This document shows positions 1 through 13,346 of a DNA stretch of 64,000 nucleotides, one piece after another. Under the pieces are notes generated by a model. The model was not told the origin of the DNA. It made no database searches and saw only the letters and a list, made by a program, of their open reading frames with translations. Every line of letters begins with the position of its first letter. Within the stretch, counting starts at the first letter, position 1. The position numbers were made by a program, and so were the translations under genes. Source of the stretch: Octopus sinensis (taxonomy: Eukaryota); NCBI RefSeq assembly GCF_006345805.1, contig NC_043010.1, positions 37,510,001-37,574,000 on the forward strand, in the 5' to 3' direction.

Positions 1-171
1 TGCCAGCATGGAAAATGGATGCTAAACAATGATGATGATGATATATATATATATATATATATAATATATATATATATATGTATGAATAATTAAAAAAAGA
101 GACAAAAACAAAAGAAGGATGCAACACAAGCAAAGTATTAATATGACACTTGGAGAAGGAAAAGAGTAGTT

Positions 172-206
172 GCTTTACGTTTCGAGCATAGCTCTTTTTC
201 ACAAAC
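172..206 (-). ncRNA. Degenerate hammerhead-like remnant
   Basis: Minus: GTTT-GTGAAAA-A-GAGC-TAT-GCTC-GAAA-CGTA-AAGC; same repeat family as 23400-23580. Confidence 0.35.
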
Positions 207-383
207 AGGAAGAACAGGAATTCCAAAAGGAAGAAGGACGAAAGAGGAAAGTAAAATCGCCAATAATCCATGTGCAGTTACACACACAAGTATATATGTA
301 TGTGTGTACATATGTATTTAGGTAGGTAGATAGATGGATAAGAATGAAATATATGTGTGTGAGTGTTTTTTTTTGTAACATAC

Positions 384-514
384 CTCGAGCTTTGCCTTGT
401 TACCATCACCTAAACTGGGATGGTTGCACTTCACTATCCGCTCGATGATGGTAATTTGGTCATTTGCAGAATGACCATCTAGTTCCGTCTTGAGTGCTTC
501 ATATGATTTTGGTA
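384..514 (-). CDS. NOP14: NOP14 coding exon 12
   Basis: (V)PKSYEALKTELDGHSANDQITIIERIVKCNHPSLGDGNKAKLE; tttcag acceptor, gtatgt donor. Confidence 0.95.
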
Positions 515-3500
515 CTGAAATTGAGAACAACACATAGTCAAGCAAAACAATTAATAATATGCACCATAGAGAGCCACACTTTATAAGCTCCTAACAGAAA
601 GAACATCTATCATTAGTTAGACTAGAATTAGCTACACATTTCACACAAGTATACATCTACAGATACATATATACATATACACAAACACACACACACACTG
701 AGCTTCCATACAGTTTCTGCCTACCAAATTTCACTCACAAGGCATGAGTGAATCTAAGGCTATATATTATGCAACCTCATATAGGTTTCAAATTGTTGCA
801 CAAGGCCAGCAATTTCAGGGGAGAGAGTAAGTCGACTAGATCGACCCATGTTCATATTCTTAGATTTTCAAAATTGTCTGTCAGTTTGTCATTCATCCAT
901 CCATTCATTCATTTATGCAGTCATGTATATTCATATATATATATTGGAAGGACACAATGGCCTAGTGGTTAGGGTTTTGCACTCCTGATCAAGAGATTGT
1001 GATTTCAATTCTTTGACTGAGTGGTACATGGTATTCTTGAGTAAAACACTTCATCTCATTTGCTCTGCAATCACTTCAACACCTGATGTGTGCCACACCG
1101 TGCCCCTGTTCAGGTAATGTCAATCACTATAAACAAATCATTATTTACATTTGACGGATATTTGTCCTCATCTTGTTTGTTGTTAACACAACGTTTCAGC
1201 TAATATACCCTCCAGCCTTCATCAGGCTTCGAGTAAAACCAACAACAGAAGAGAATATGACCAAAGACTGCGTGTACTCCATCCCATGCAGCTGAGGTAG
1301 GTTACACAAAGGCAAAACATGCTGCCCCCTCAAAATAAGGGTAGACGAATATCGCAAAGCTGTGACACGAGATATTGATAAATCAGGTTTAGCTGAACAT
1401 GTATGGAAAAATGGATACCACCTCCCCCTGTGGGATGAAGTTAAAATAATAGACAGAGATAACTACTGGAAAATACAAAAACTAAAAGAAGCAGCACGTA
1501 TGTTAGGACACAGCAACCTCCTAAGCAGACCAAGCGCAAAAGAGACCGATAGAATAAGTACCAGGATAAAAAAAAAAAATTTAAAAAACCACAATTAAAA
1601 ATTCTCCGAAGTGGTGCCCCAGCATGGCCACAATCTAATGACTGAAATATAATGGTTAATATCTTAGTGAATTTACCTTTGAATACAAATGGTAGTTCTT
1701 TCTTGGCTTTTTCTGATATTTCTAACATTTTCTGAAAATGAATAAATCAGAAGATCAATAGTTATTGCAACAACAGGATAGAACATGGTATCTGAAAATT
1801 CTAAAACCTAGGACCAAGTACCCCAGCCCCTTACACAAATACACCGGCAAATAATCTACTTCATAAACAGATGTTGTGAATATATGTATTCCATGTAATA
1901 TTCACATCTGAGTAAGGTGGCAAGCTGGCAGAAACATGCCGGGCGAAATGCTTAGTGGTATTTCACCTGTCTTTACGTTCTGAGTTCAAATTCTGCCAAG
2001 GTCGACTTTGCTTTTCATCCTTTTGGGATCGATAAATTAAGTACCAGTTACACACTGGGGTCGATCTAATCAACTGTCCCCACCTCCCCAAAATATCAGG
2101 CCCCGTGCCTCGAGTAGGAAAGAATATTCATATTTCAGTACCATCCCACTTCAAAGCAGATCCTCTTGGCAAAACTAAATATCGACTCTGTGTGTCTCAC
2201 TCATCTCAAAAGCAGTATTGTTCTTGGAGGACATCCAAACTGTATTTTGATTTTTTTTTAAACTTCAGCTACCATCTTGAAGCACTGCTCCTTCACAAAC
2301 CCAGACTACACCTACTCCAATAACTGAAAGTCACTCACTCAGCAAATCCTCTGCAATGGTTGATAATCGACGGCAAGATTAACTGCCATGGATCAAACTC
2401 TTCCAAAGTGTGTATGCATGTGACTGGGGACCACAGGGGAACATGTGCTCCCACTGAAACTCCAAGCATGAACTCTGCACTTCAGCAGCGAATGGTCAAC
2501 TGTCAGATGTTGTCAGCATTCATGAAGAACGTGGTGAACTTTATACACTGTCCTATATGCTGCTCAGTTGAAGAGTCCTATCTTGTGGGTACTTGACGAT
2601 CTCACTAGTGCTAGAGCCTTGTAAAAAAAAAGTACCCAGAACACAGTATTAGGTGGCTGGTGTTAGGAAGGGCATCCAACTGTATAAACCATGTTAAAGC
2701 ACATGCACAACCATGTAGAGCCCTCTGGTTTACCTGTTCTTGTCAAATTGTCCAACCCATGCCAGCATGGAAAAAGAGATGTTAAATGATGATAATAAAA
2801 ATGTAAAGTTACCTTCTTGAGTCATACCGACTCATAAGGACCGGTTTCCCAGTTTCCGTGGCGTATATATTCCTCACCTGGATGGGACACCAGTCCATTG
2901 CAGGATTACTCATTTTGCTAGTGTTTTGTTCAAGAACACAATGGATCATCTGGTTCAAGAATTGAAACCACAATCTTACAATCAGGAGTCCAACACCCTA
3001 ACCACTAAGCCACACACTTCCACAAATGATGATGATCATTCATTTTTAGAATGACATTGCAAGGTAGGTGTGAGAGGTTGGATCTCAGGCCATTTACAAC
3101 ATAAAACAGGTAGGTTATTTGGGCAGTATATGGCTAGTTTAAATGCTATAAGGTTAAGAATGAGAGGGAGAAATTCTTCCCAGGAACGTGATGTATTTTC
3201 AGGTTTTCTATGAGAACCTTTTAGTAAACATCGCAACTGATTCCAATGAAGTGAGAGAAATGATAAATTGCTGGACAAATGGTGTTTGTTTCATAGATGG
3301 CTTCATTGAGCATTTTGTCCAGCATGCTAATGACCCTACTAGCTCACCACCTTTATTATTATTATTATAATATTTGCAACTAAAGGCACAAGGCCTGAAA
3401 TTTGGGGGGAGGGGATAAGTTGATTACATCGAGCCCAATGTCTCACTGGTGCTTAATTTATCGACCCTGAAAGGATGAAAGTCAATGTCGACCTCAGTAG

Positions 3501-6500
3501 AATTTGAACTCAGAACACGAAGACAGATGAAATGCCATTAAGCATCTTACCCAGCATGCTACTGATTCTCCCAGCTCGCCACCTTAACAAAAACAACAAC
3601 AAAACAACAATAATAATAATAAATGCCCTCATGCAGTATCAGAAAGTGGATCTCGTGGCTTCTGATCTTAACTGATTGGATGTGTTATCATGTACGTTGT
3701 TTTGTCTTGGTATAAAAGATGGGCTACAGCAAATATTCTGCTCAATACCACAGATTTTGCTTGTCAGTTGTTAGACCATAACCAGTTGAGCATGTGCCTT
3801 AGTGGCTGGCAATATGTGCATCTCTGATCACAAGCAGAAGTAGTGGGGGAGCATCATAGTCATGTGTTGAGAGAGATTCTTTGGGGTTTGAATAATTCAC
3901 CTTTGGAAACATGGGTGGTTCGTTCAACATCCTTAAACAACCCTTATTCAGGGACCTTTTGAGGGGGATGAGCTACTCGACCTGAAGAAATTTCTAACTG
4001 GGCTCCACCTGCAAGGTCATGTGCTGTTTATCTTGATATGAGATCACCATGTCACGCACATATGGTTGTGATCATGTGCCAGGTGTACCCTTATCAGACG
4101 GGTAGTCATGGTGGGTATATTGGGCTTTGTATATTTGTATCCCAATGACACTTCGATGGCATGCGCTTCTCTCACTGAATAATAATAATAATAATAATAA
4201 TGATGATGATAATGATAAATCAGTGAATTCTGTGTAGGTGCTACAAAGAAGGAATGATCAAATCTACCAGTTTCACATCAGTTTTGTCAGTGTTAATTCT
4301 TACCTTGGCTTCAGCTTCTTCATCATCTTCATCTTTTTTATCAGTCGTACAATCCTCATTCTTCTCACTGTTTTCGGCTACCCCCTTTGATTTGTCTGTT
4401 TTAGCATTATCATCACCATCCTTCTTGTCATCATCATCATCATCTATAAATTTGAACAGAAAAATCAAACAAGATATTTATTATTAAATAAATTTATTTA
4501 TTTGTACATGACATATTAATTATACGACATGATCTGTCCTTACATTTTCGAACAAGGGAATGTAAGGACACAGATCATGCCGTATAGCCAGCTGGAGGCA
4601 ATGCCTCCTGGGGTTAAATTACAGCAACATTAGTCCTAAACCAGGACTGCCATGTTACGTTGGCAAACAATCTTTACTACAAAGTACTGTTGCTGAATAT
4701 CTCACGTTGTGAAATTAAAAAGATAGTATTTTTGTAAGATGATAAATTTGTTATAATTAAACAGAAACATTATAAAAGTTCCAATCAAATACTAAGGTTG
4801 ACGTCTTTGATTATATCCTGACCTGAGGTACCTCAATTTTGCCAGAATGATACCAAACTACAGATTTCAAATCTTGCCCCAGCATGGCTACAGTTCAATG
4901 ACTTAAAACTGGTACAAGAATAGAACATGTGCAATAGAAAGTGAAAAAAAGTCTCATTAAAGTGAAACTCACCGGAATATTGTTTAATACTATCTTTTTC
5001 ATCATCATCTTCATCATCACTTTCATCATCATCATTACTTTCGTCGTCATCATCATCCTCTTCCTCATCGTTATCTTCACCATCTCCTTCCTCCTCTTCT
5101 TCATCATCTTTAAAATCGATGTCATCACTAAATTTTACAGACTTTTTGCCTTCTTTCTTTGATTTATCTTTCAGGATAGGTTGTAGAAACCTAAATCATG
5201 AAAAAAAAAAAAAAAAAAAGATACCTGACAGGTTTTGAACTCATCATCATTATCCTTTTAATGCCTACTTTTCCATACTCATACAGGCTGCACAGAATTT
5301 GTCGAAGCAGATATTCTATGGCTGGATGCCCATTCTATTGACAAACCTCACCTGTTTACAAACACGATAATATTCCTCCAGGATGGACAGGTTTTCTCAG
5401 AAAATTAGCAATGAAGGACACTGCTTGTATAATGGTGACACTTGTTTACAACTATCATGCAATGTCAAGACAGTAACATCCTATCTCTTCCACCATCATA
5501 TCATCATCATCGTTTAACGTCCGTTTTCCGTGCTAGCACGGGTTGGACAGTTCGACCGGGGCCTGGGAAACCAGGAGGCTGCACCAGGCTCCAATCTGAT
5601 CTGGCAGTGTTTCTACAGCTGGATGCCCTTCCTAACGCCAACCACTCCGTGAGTGTAGTGGGTGCTTTTTATGTGCCACCGGCACAGGTGCCAGGGGAGG
5701 CTATATGCAATGGGCTTCCTTCAGTTTCCATCTACCAAATCTACTTACAAGGCTTTGGTTGGCCTGGCACCATAGCAGAAGACACTTGATCAAGGTGCTA
5801 CACAATGGGACTAAACCTGGAACCAAGTTTTTGGGAAGCAAATTTCTTATCTACACAGATGGACCTGTGTGTGTGTGTGTGTGTATGCACACACACACAG
5901 AATGCAGCAGAAAACTCTGATACTTTCAATCATTGAAGTGAAATGTAGGTTTTATTGCCACACTTTGTATATGTAAGCAATATTGATTTTTGGATACTAG
6001 AAATGGTTACTGAACAAATACACTGTGGAAATTCCAATTTTTTATTTTCTTCCTTTGATGATTTGGTCCAGAGCATTTGGGATCATTGGCAAGAAGGTAG
6101 AAAACTACAGGTGTTATTATCAGCAACAAAGTGTCTTAGTTCTCTCTAGGATGTCCTTTAACCCTTTCGCTACTGTATTTATTTTGAGATGTTCAGTGTT
6201 TCTTTCAATTACTTTAAATTATAACAAAGAATTTAGTAAAATAACTTAGTTATAATTCAGCTAGTGTTAGGAACACAAATTGTAACTAAGGTTTGGTGGA
6301 AGATTTTAATTCAAAATTTATGAAAACAAGACATTTGTACTTAGAGCCAGAGCCAGTTTCAGCCAGGTTGGTTAGGTTTGGTGGAAGATTTTAATTCGAA
6401 ATTTATGAAAAAAAGACATTTGTACTTAGAGCCAGAGCCAGTTTCAGCCAGGTTGGTTACGAAAAGGTTAACTGCAGTTATTCATCAACATATAACATTA

Positions 6501-9500
6501 TAAATTCTCATTTCTGACAGAATCATTAGAGGATCTTAAAAGCAAATGAGAGCTGCCCAGCATTGCAAGCAAAACAACCAAAGAAGAATTTCCAAGAGAA
6601 AGAATAAGTAAATACAGGAAACCCATTTCTACTCACTGTTCATCTCCAAGAGCATCAGCTGATATAAATTGACGTTTCTTTTGTTTTTCAATTTCCCATG
6701 GTGCTTTCATCCTCAGTAAACGGTCTTTCTGCAAATATTCATGGTATGAGAATGAAAAGGACTTGTTCAAAACACAAATTATTAATTAAATGCTGTAAAT
6801 AAGAACACAGTTTTGTTTTACATGGCTGGATCCTTTTCATAATATTTAAATCTACACTAATTTTTCTGATCAGATGTACAAGTGTCAGTGACCAAATGAC
6901 TGTATAGACAATATTAAACATAGCTTAAAAAAAAAAAGGGAGGATCTTTGTACAAATTCAGTCAGGTATTGTATGCACACATTTCTTTGAACAAGATACC
7001 TGATGACAACTGCAAATCATAGTGATCAAAACATAAATTAATATCAATTACACATAAATATTTTGAAGACATTATTTATCTTTCAAGATGATGCTAATAA
7101 TCAGGAAAATTATTCTTATAATTCTTAATTTACCAATTAACTGATTATTGGAGTTCTAGCCAAGTAGATGGGACTTAAGGCATTTATTACTAGACTAGCA
7201 GTATCGCCCGGCGTTGCTCAGGTTTGTAAGGGAAATAACTATAAAGCATTTTTAGAGAGTTATAGCCAAAAAATGGAAAAAAATTATGGTAAATTTTTTT
7301 TTTAGTTAAAAAAGGTGGAGTTGCGTCCCCTAGACAGTTTGCGGTTTGTGTTTCTAATTCTCGACCCTATGTCAAATTTATCGATTTTTTTCAGAACTGG
7401 GGGAACTTTTCAAAATTTTCGCTGCGTTAGTTTTGAATTATGACATTGGGCTATGTGTGTGTCAAGTTTCATCAGAATCGGTTGAAAGCCGTGGTCAGGG
7501 TGAGGGTACAAGCAAACAGACACACAGAAACACGCACAGACAAACTGCCGTTTATATAGAGAGAGATTAATAGAGTTTAGAAGGAAGGACCTGTAATAGC
7601 ACAGACTGTTGTCATACAAGCTTAGTGGGTGGGGCTTATAATGGCATAAATTTTTGGTTTACAAGCTCAATGGGAAGGACATGTAAAGGCACAGACTATT
7701 GTTTTACAAGCTTACTGGGTGGGACTTGTAAGGGCATAGCCTGCTAGTTTACAAACTAAGTGGGTAGGGCTTATAATGAGACAAATTATCAGTTTACTAG
7801 CTAAGTGGGTAGCAATCGTTATGGCACAAGCTATTGGTTAAGTGGGTAGGACTAACATCATTATCATCATCTTGTAGATCAAACATAAACACACCAACAT
7901 CGGCTGTCAAGCAATAGTGGGGGGACAAACACAGACATATATGATGGGCTTCTTCCAGTTTCTGTCTACCAAATCCACTCACAAGGCTTTGGTTGGCCCG
8001 AGGCTATAGTAGAAGATACTTGCCCAAGGTGCCACGTAGTGGGACTGAACCCGGAACTATGTGGTTGGGGAAGCAAGCTTCTTACCACACAGCCACGCTC
8101 TGCCTATTGCAGAAAATACATTAACTTCACAGAGATGATAGACTTACCTCAAGTTTCTCAAGTCTTTCCATTTCTTCTTGGGCAAGTTCCTTCTCAGATT
8201 TCATTTTGTTACTTGCCTATAATAATAATAATAATAATATAATAAATAATAATAACAACAACAATAATAATAATAAATAATAATTATTATTATTATAATC
8301 CTTTCTACCGAAGGCACAAAGCCTAAAATTTGAGGTGAGGAGGCAAGTCAGTTAGATTGACCCCAATGAGCTCAACTGGTACTTGTTTATTAACCCTGAA
8401 AGGATGACAGACACAGTTGACCTCAGCACAATTTGAACTCAGAACATTAAGATGGACAAAATGCTGCTAAGCATTTTGCCCAGCATGCTAACAATTCTGC
8501 CAGCTCGCTTTCGTAACAATTACAGACCCCAGTGTTTCTCTGGTACTTAATTTATCGACCCCAAAAGGATGAAAGGCAAAGTCAATCTTAGGAGAATTTG
8601 AACTTAAGAATGCAGTGACGGGTAAACAAGGCCAGCAATTTTGAGGGAAGGAGGAGCAAGTCAATTACGTTGAACCCCAGTACATAACTGGTACTTTATT
8701 TTATCAATCCCAAAAGGATGAAAGGCACAATTGACCTTAGCAGATTGAATTCAGAATGTAGAGTCAAAAGAAATGCCTCTAAACATTTTGTTTGATGTGC
8801 AAATGACTCTGACAATGACTTCTTATTTTTGGCACAAGGTCAGTAGTTTCAGTGGGAGTGGATTGGTCAATTATCATCATCATCGTTTAACGTCCGTTTT
8901 CCATGCTAGCATGGGTTGGACGGTTCAACTGGCGTCTGGGAAGCCAGAAGGCTGTGCCAGGCCCAGTCTGATCTGGCAGTGTTTCCACAGCTGGATGCCC
9001 TTCCTAACGCCAACCACTCCGTGAGTGTAGTGGGTGCTTTTTACGTGCCACCTGCACAATTATAACAACACCAATACATGACTGGTATTTTATTTTATTG
9101 ACCCCACAAAGGATGACAGGCAGAGTCAACCTTGGCAGGATTTGAACTTAGAATGTAATGGGTTTTGAAAGAAATAATGCAATGCATTTTTCCAACACTC
9201 CAACAATTACATCAGCTCACTGCCTTATTACTGATGGCGGAGGTATTGTTTTCAGTCATGTTTGTCCATGGACAAGATATCTCAAGAACCGCTGAATGGA
9301 TTCGGATGAAATGTTCAGGGACATTTGGCCTTGTGACTAGCACGAACTGATAAGATTTTGGGATCAATCTGATACTGGACAAGGATTCTAGATGATTTTT
9401 CCTCTTTTTTAGTTAATTTTTGAGAGCGGCCAGGTTCATTTTTAGTATTCTCATTTATGAGAGCAGTCGAGTTTATTTCAGACACTCTCATATTAAAAAT

Positions 9501-12500
9501 CATCCCTGGCAAACCGTTGAGAAGATGTTGGTGTTACCTTGGCAGAGGTTTACACTCTCTGAGTGCTCATTTAACAATCATTTCTACCTGAGGTATAAGG
9601 CCAGCAGTTTCAAAGGTAAGGACTTAGCCAATACCTGTGACCCAAGTAGTAGACCGGTACTTAACTTTATCAACCCCAGAGGAATGAAAGGCAAAGATAG
9701 CCTTAGTGGGATTTGAACTTAGAATGTAAAAGAAGTGGAACAAATACTACAAGGTATTTTGGCTAATGTTCTAATAATTCTGTTAAAACACCACCATCCT
9801 CTTTTGGTTCAAATAATGGTTTCTTTATTTTTATTTTTATTTTTTTGCATGATATATTCTTCCTGAGGTTGTCTTTAGGAATGTCAGTTTATCAAGGGCT
9901 ATAGCAATAGCCACATCAGGCCATCATCATCGTTTAACATCCGCTTTCCATGCTGGCATGGGTTGGACAGTTTGACATGGAACTGGCTAGCAGGGACCTG
10001 TCCAGATACCAACTGTCTGCTGTGGCATCATTTCCTAACGCCAAGCACTTTACAGAGTGTGCTGGGTGCATTTTATGTGTCACCGGCAAGGGTCCAATTG
10101 CACTATTGTAATTTTAGATTTCACACATTAAACATTAAAAAAATACACATCACCAATAGAGTGACAGAGGTGATATTGCAGAGGTTATACACTTACCATT
10201 GCTCGAGCTTCAAAGACCAAAGATCTTACATTCATGTCGTAATCATCGACTTTTCGTTTCGGTTCATCAAAGGATCCCTAACAAAAAAAGTTTTAAAAAG
10301 TGTAAAAATATCATAGGACAAAAACAAAAGATATAGAAGTAAAAAGTTACATATAAAATATAGAAGCAAGGAGGCCCAAACCTGGCCAACCCCCAAATTC
10401 TATTTTAACTAAGTCTATACAATAATGAATAAGACTTTAACCCTTTAGAATTCAAACCAGCCAAACTTGGTCCAAATATTTTACTTGTTTTATGTTCAAA
10501 CAGGCCAGATCCAACCTCTCACACCTACCCAACAATGTCATTCTAAAAACAAAACTATCACACTATCAAAATCCTGAAGCTAAGAGATAACACATAATTC
10601 ATTCAAAACAATTTGACCAAATAAATTTGACAGAGTAATCTGAATGCTAAAGGGTCAAACTGCATCTTGTAGTGGGGCCTTAATATGGGAGTTCCAAAGT
10701 TTTGAGGAGTATGGAACCACCTCTTAGCCACTATTGTTCCTAGGTTACTCTGACCCGGAGTAGTGGCACCTGTCGGGGTCCCAGCTATGGGTTAACTAGC
10801 ATGGACACAACCCATTTCAAACCCAAGTTATGTCTGCTCTGAGAATCAACAAATCCTCTACAATGGTTGACAATGTCAATATGAGCTGCAATGGATCATA
10901 CTATCCCAAAGTGTGTATGTATGTGACTGGGGACCTCATGGGCACATGTGTTTCCACTGAAATTCTGAACCCGAACTCTACACCTCAACAACGAATGACG
11001 ACTACAGCTATGGCATCTATGCTATATGACATATTTGCTTTTCCAGTGAGGCATTTGCCAAATTTACAAGCTAGAATTTCTGCCACTAGTGGAAGCATTA
11101 CTTTGTTTGCTGGAACATCAGGGCCAACCGCTGGATGTGGTCAGATTTAGTAAGGGACGTAGTGAACTCGTTGCTCGAAGCTGGCTCAACCCACACCGAG
11201 TGGACGCGACTGCATATATAAATACAAGTAATAATAGAAAAATCAAACCCACAAACCCAGGCAACTTATGCTACTCAGTTTAGCATCAATTGCTTGGTCC
11301 TTGGTTGTGTTTGTAGGCAACTCTTTCGCAAGCATTTGGAGAAGACTACTTTCCCTTGCAAATGCTCAATCTAGTCAGCAATCACATCAGTCTCCCCAGT
11401 TTAAGGGTATCTTCAGAGGTCATGAGCACTTCTCTTGCCATAATTAATTTGTAACAAGCAAAAATGCCAGTTTACCCAAACAACGAGCAAGTCTCTAGAA
11501 TCAGAGTCCCAGGAAACCCCAAAAGCAGACAATGGAGCTTTGTGCAGTCTTCTGACTTTTTGGCTCTTGCCAAACCATCCAACCCATGCCAGCATGGAAA
11601 ACAGATGTTAACTGATGACAATTTCCTCACCACATTTATTTTTAGTTAGCATTTTACTTATATACATCAACGTCTTTAATGTCCGTTGTCCATGCTGCCA
11701 TGGGAAGTTTACCCAACTCATACATAAAGCATTCTGTCCGTTATGACAATGAGGGTTCCAGTTGATCTGATCAACAGAACAGCCTGCTTGTGAAATTAAC
11801 GTGTGAGCAGCTGAGCACTCCACAAACACACGTACTCCTTAATGTAGTTCTCAGAGAGATTCAGTGTGACAAGGCTGAGCCTTTGAAATACATGTACAAC
11901 TCATTTCTGCCAGCTGAGTGGACTGGAGCAACGTGAAATGAAGTGTCTTGCTCAAAGACACAATGTGTCGTCAGGAATCAAACTCACAACCTTACAAGTG
12001 TAAGCTAAACACCTTAACCAATAAGAGCCATGCTCATTCGCCCAGCTTTACTTAATGAAAAAAGCTCAACAGAAGACCTACACCGTTCCATTATTTTGTC
12101 TCTATCTTGTCCATTAGCCCACCTGACCCTCAAGCAAGAATCTTTGATCCACATTCAGTTTACCAAAACTTTATATAAAGTGAAGAGGCAACCTTACCTT
12201 ACTGTTTGAGTCAGACATGAGAAAACGGAGAGTCTTCCATTCGGAGTTGACCTGTTCAGTCATTCTAATGGTTTCCTCTCGAACTTGCTGCTGTTCCATC
12301 TGTGGTAGAAAGGATAAACCATGGAGTTATAACACTGATATGCAAATGGTGAGATAAACACAATGAATGTATAAAAATGGGGAGATAAACCTTGGAGTGA
12401 TAGCATGGATATATAAATAGTGGAGTAAACAATAGATTTAAAATATAGGTACGAAGATCTGAGAAATCAGAGTCTTAACATGGCCATGCAGATGGTGAGA

Positions 12501-13265
12501 TAAACAACAAAATGGAGTGATAACAATTGAAGATAAAGCATAATGATAACATATATATATAGATGCAGAGATTGCATATGGAGTGATAATATGGGTATAA
12601 AGATGGTGAGATAAAGTAGAGTGATAACATGGATAGATGAATGGTGAGATAAACCATGGAGTGGTAATATGGATTTATAGATGGTGATATAAACCATGGT
12701 GTGATAATCTGGATGTAATTAAATGGTAGGATAAATCATATCATAATTATGAAGACAAGGTAGTAGTGATGAGGTCAGGTCAAATTGCCCTAAAACTGAC
12801 AGCAGAAAAGTTGTCCAAATTATTATTGTAATTACAATCCATTAATAAACTATTGACCATACCATTAGAGACAAAAATAACTCGTATTGTCATCAGATAT
12901 CTTTTCCCAGGAGGTGTATCACCATCATCAGCATCTGTCTATGTTATAAGAAGATAGAAATTTTTTCTCCTCTCTTCCTACGTCCTGAAGGCCTATTTAA
13001 GAGTTTGTACTTATTGTACTTGACACATATAAAAATCATGTTGTCATGTAGAGTGGTTGCCTATTAAGTGCCAGAATCTGATTCAGATCCTTCCACATAG
13101 GCGCAGGAGTGGCTGTGTGGTAAGTAGCTTGCTAACCAAACACATGGTTCCAGGTTCAGTCCCACTGCGTGGCATCTTGGGCAAGTGTCTTCTGCTATAG
13201 CCTTGGGCTGACCAAAGCCTTGTGAGTGGATTTGGCAGATGGAAACTGAAAGAAGCCTGTCATAA

Positions 13266-13346
<81 letters not shown>

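Noticed and set aside
4241-5162. ORF-track Met/Lys-rich, Ile/Phe-rich and Ser-rich ORFs
   Set aside because: They are alternative frames or strands of the GAT/GAA-rich NOP14 acidic exons. An acidic tract is a normal NOP14 feature.
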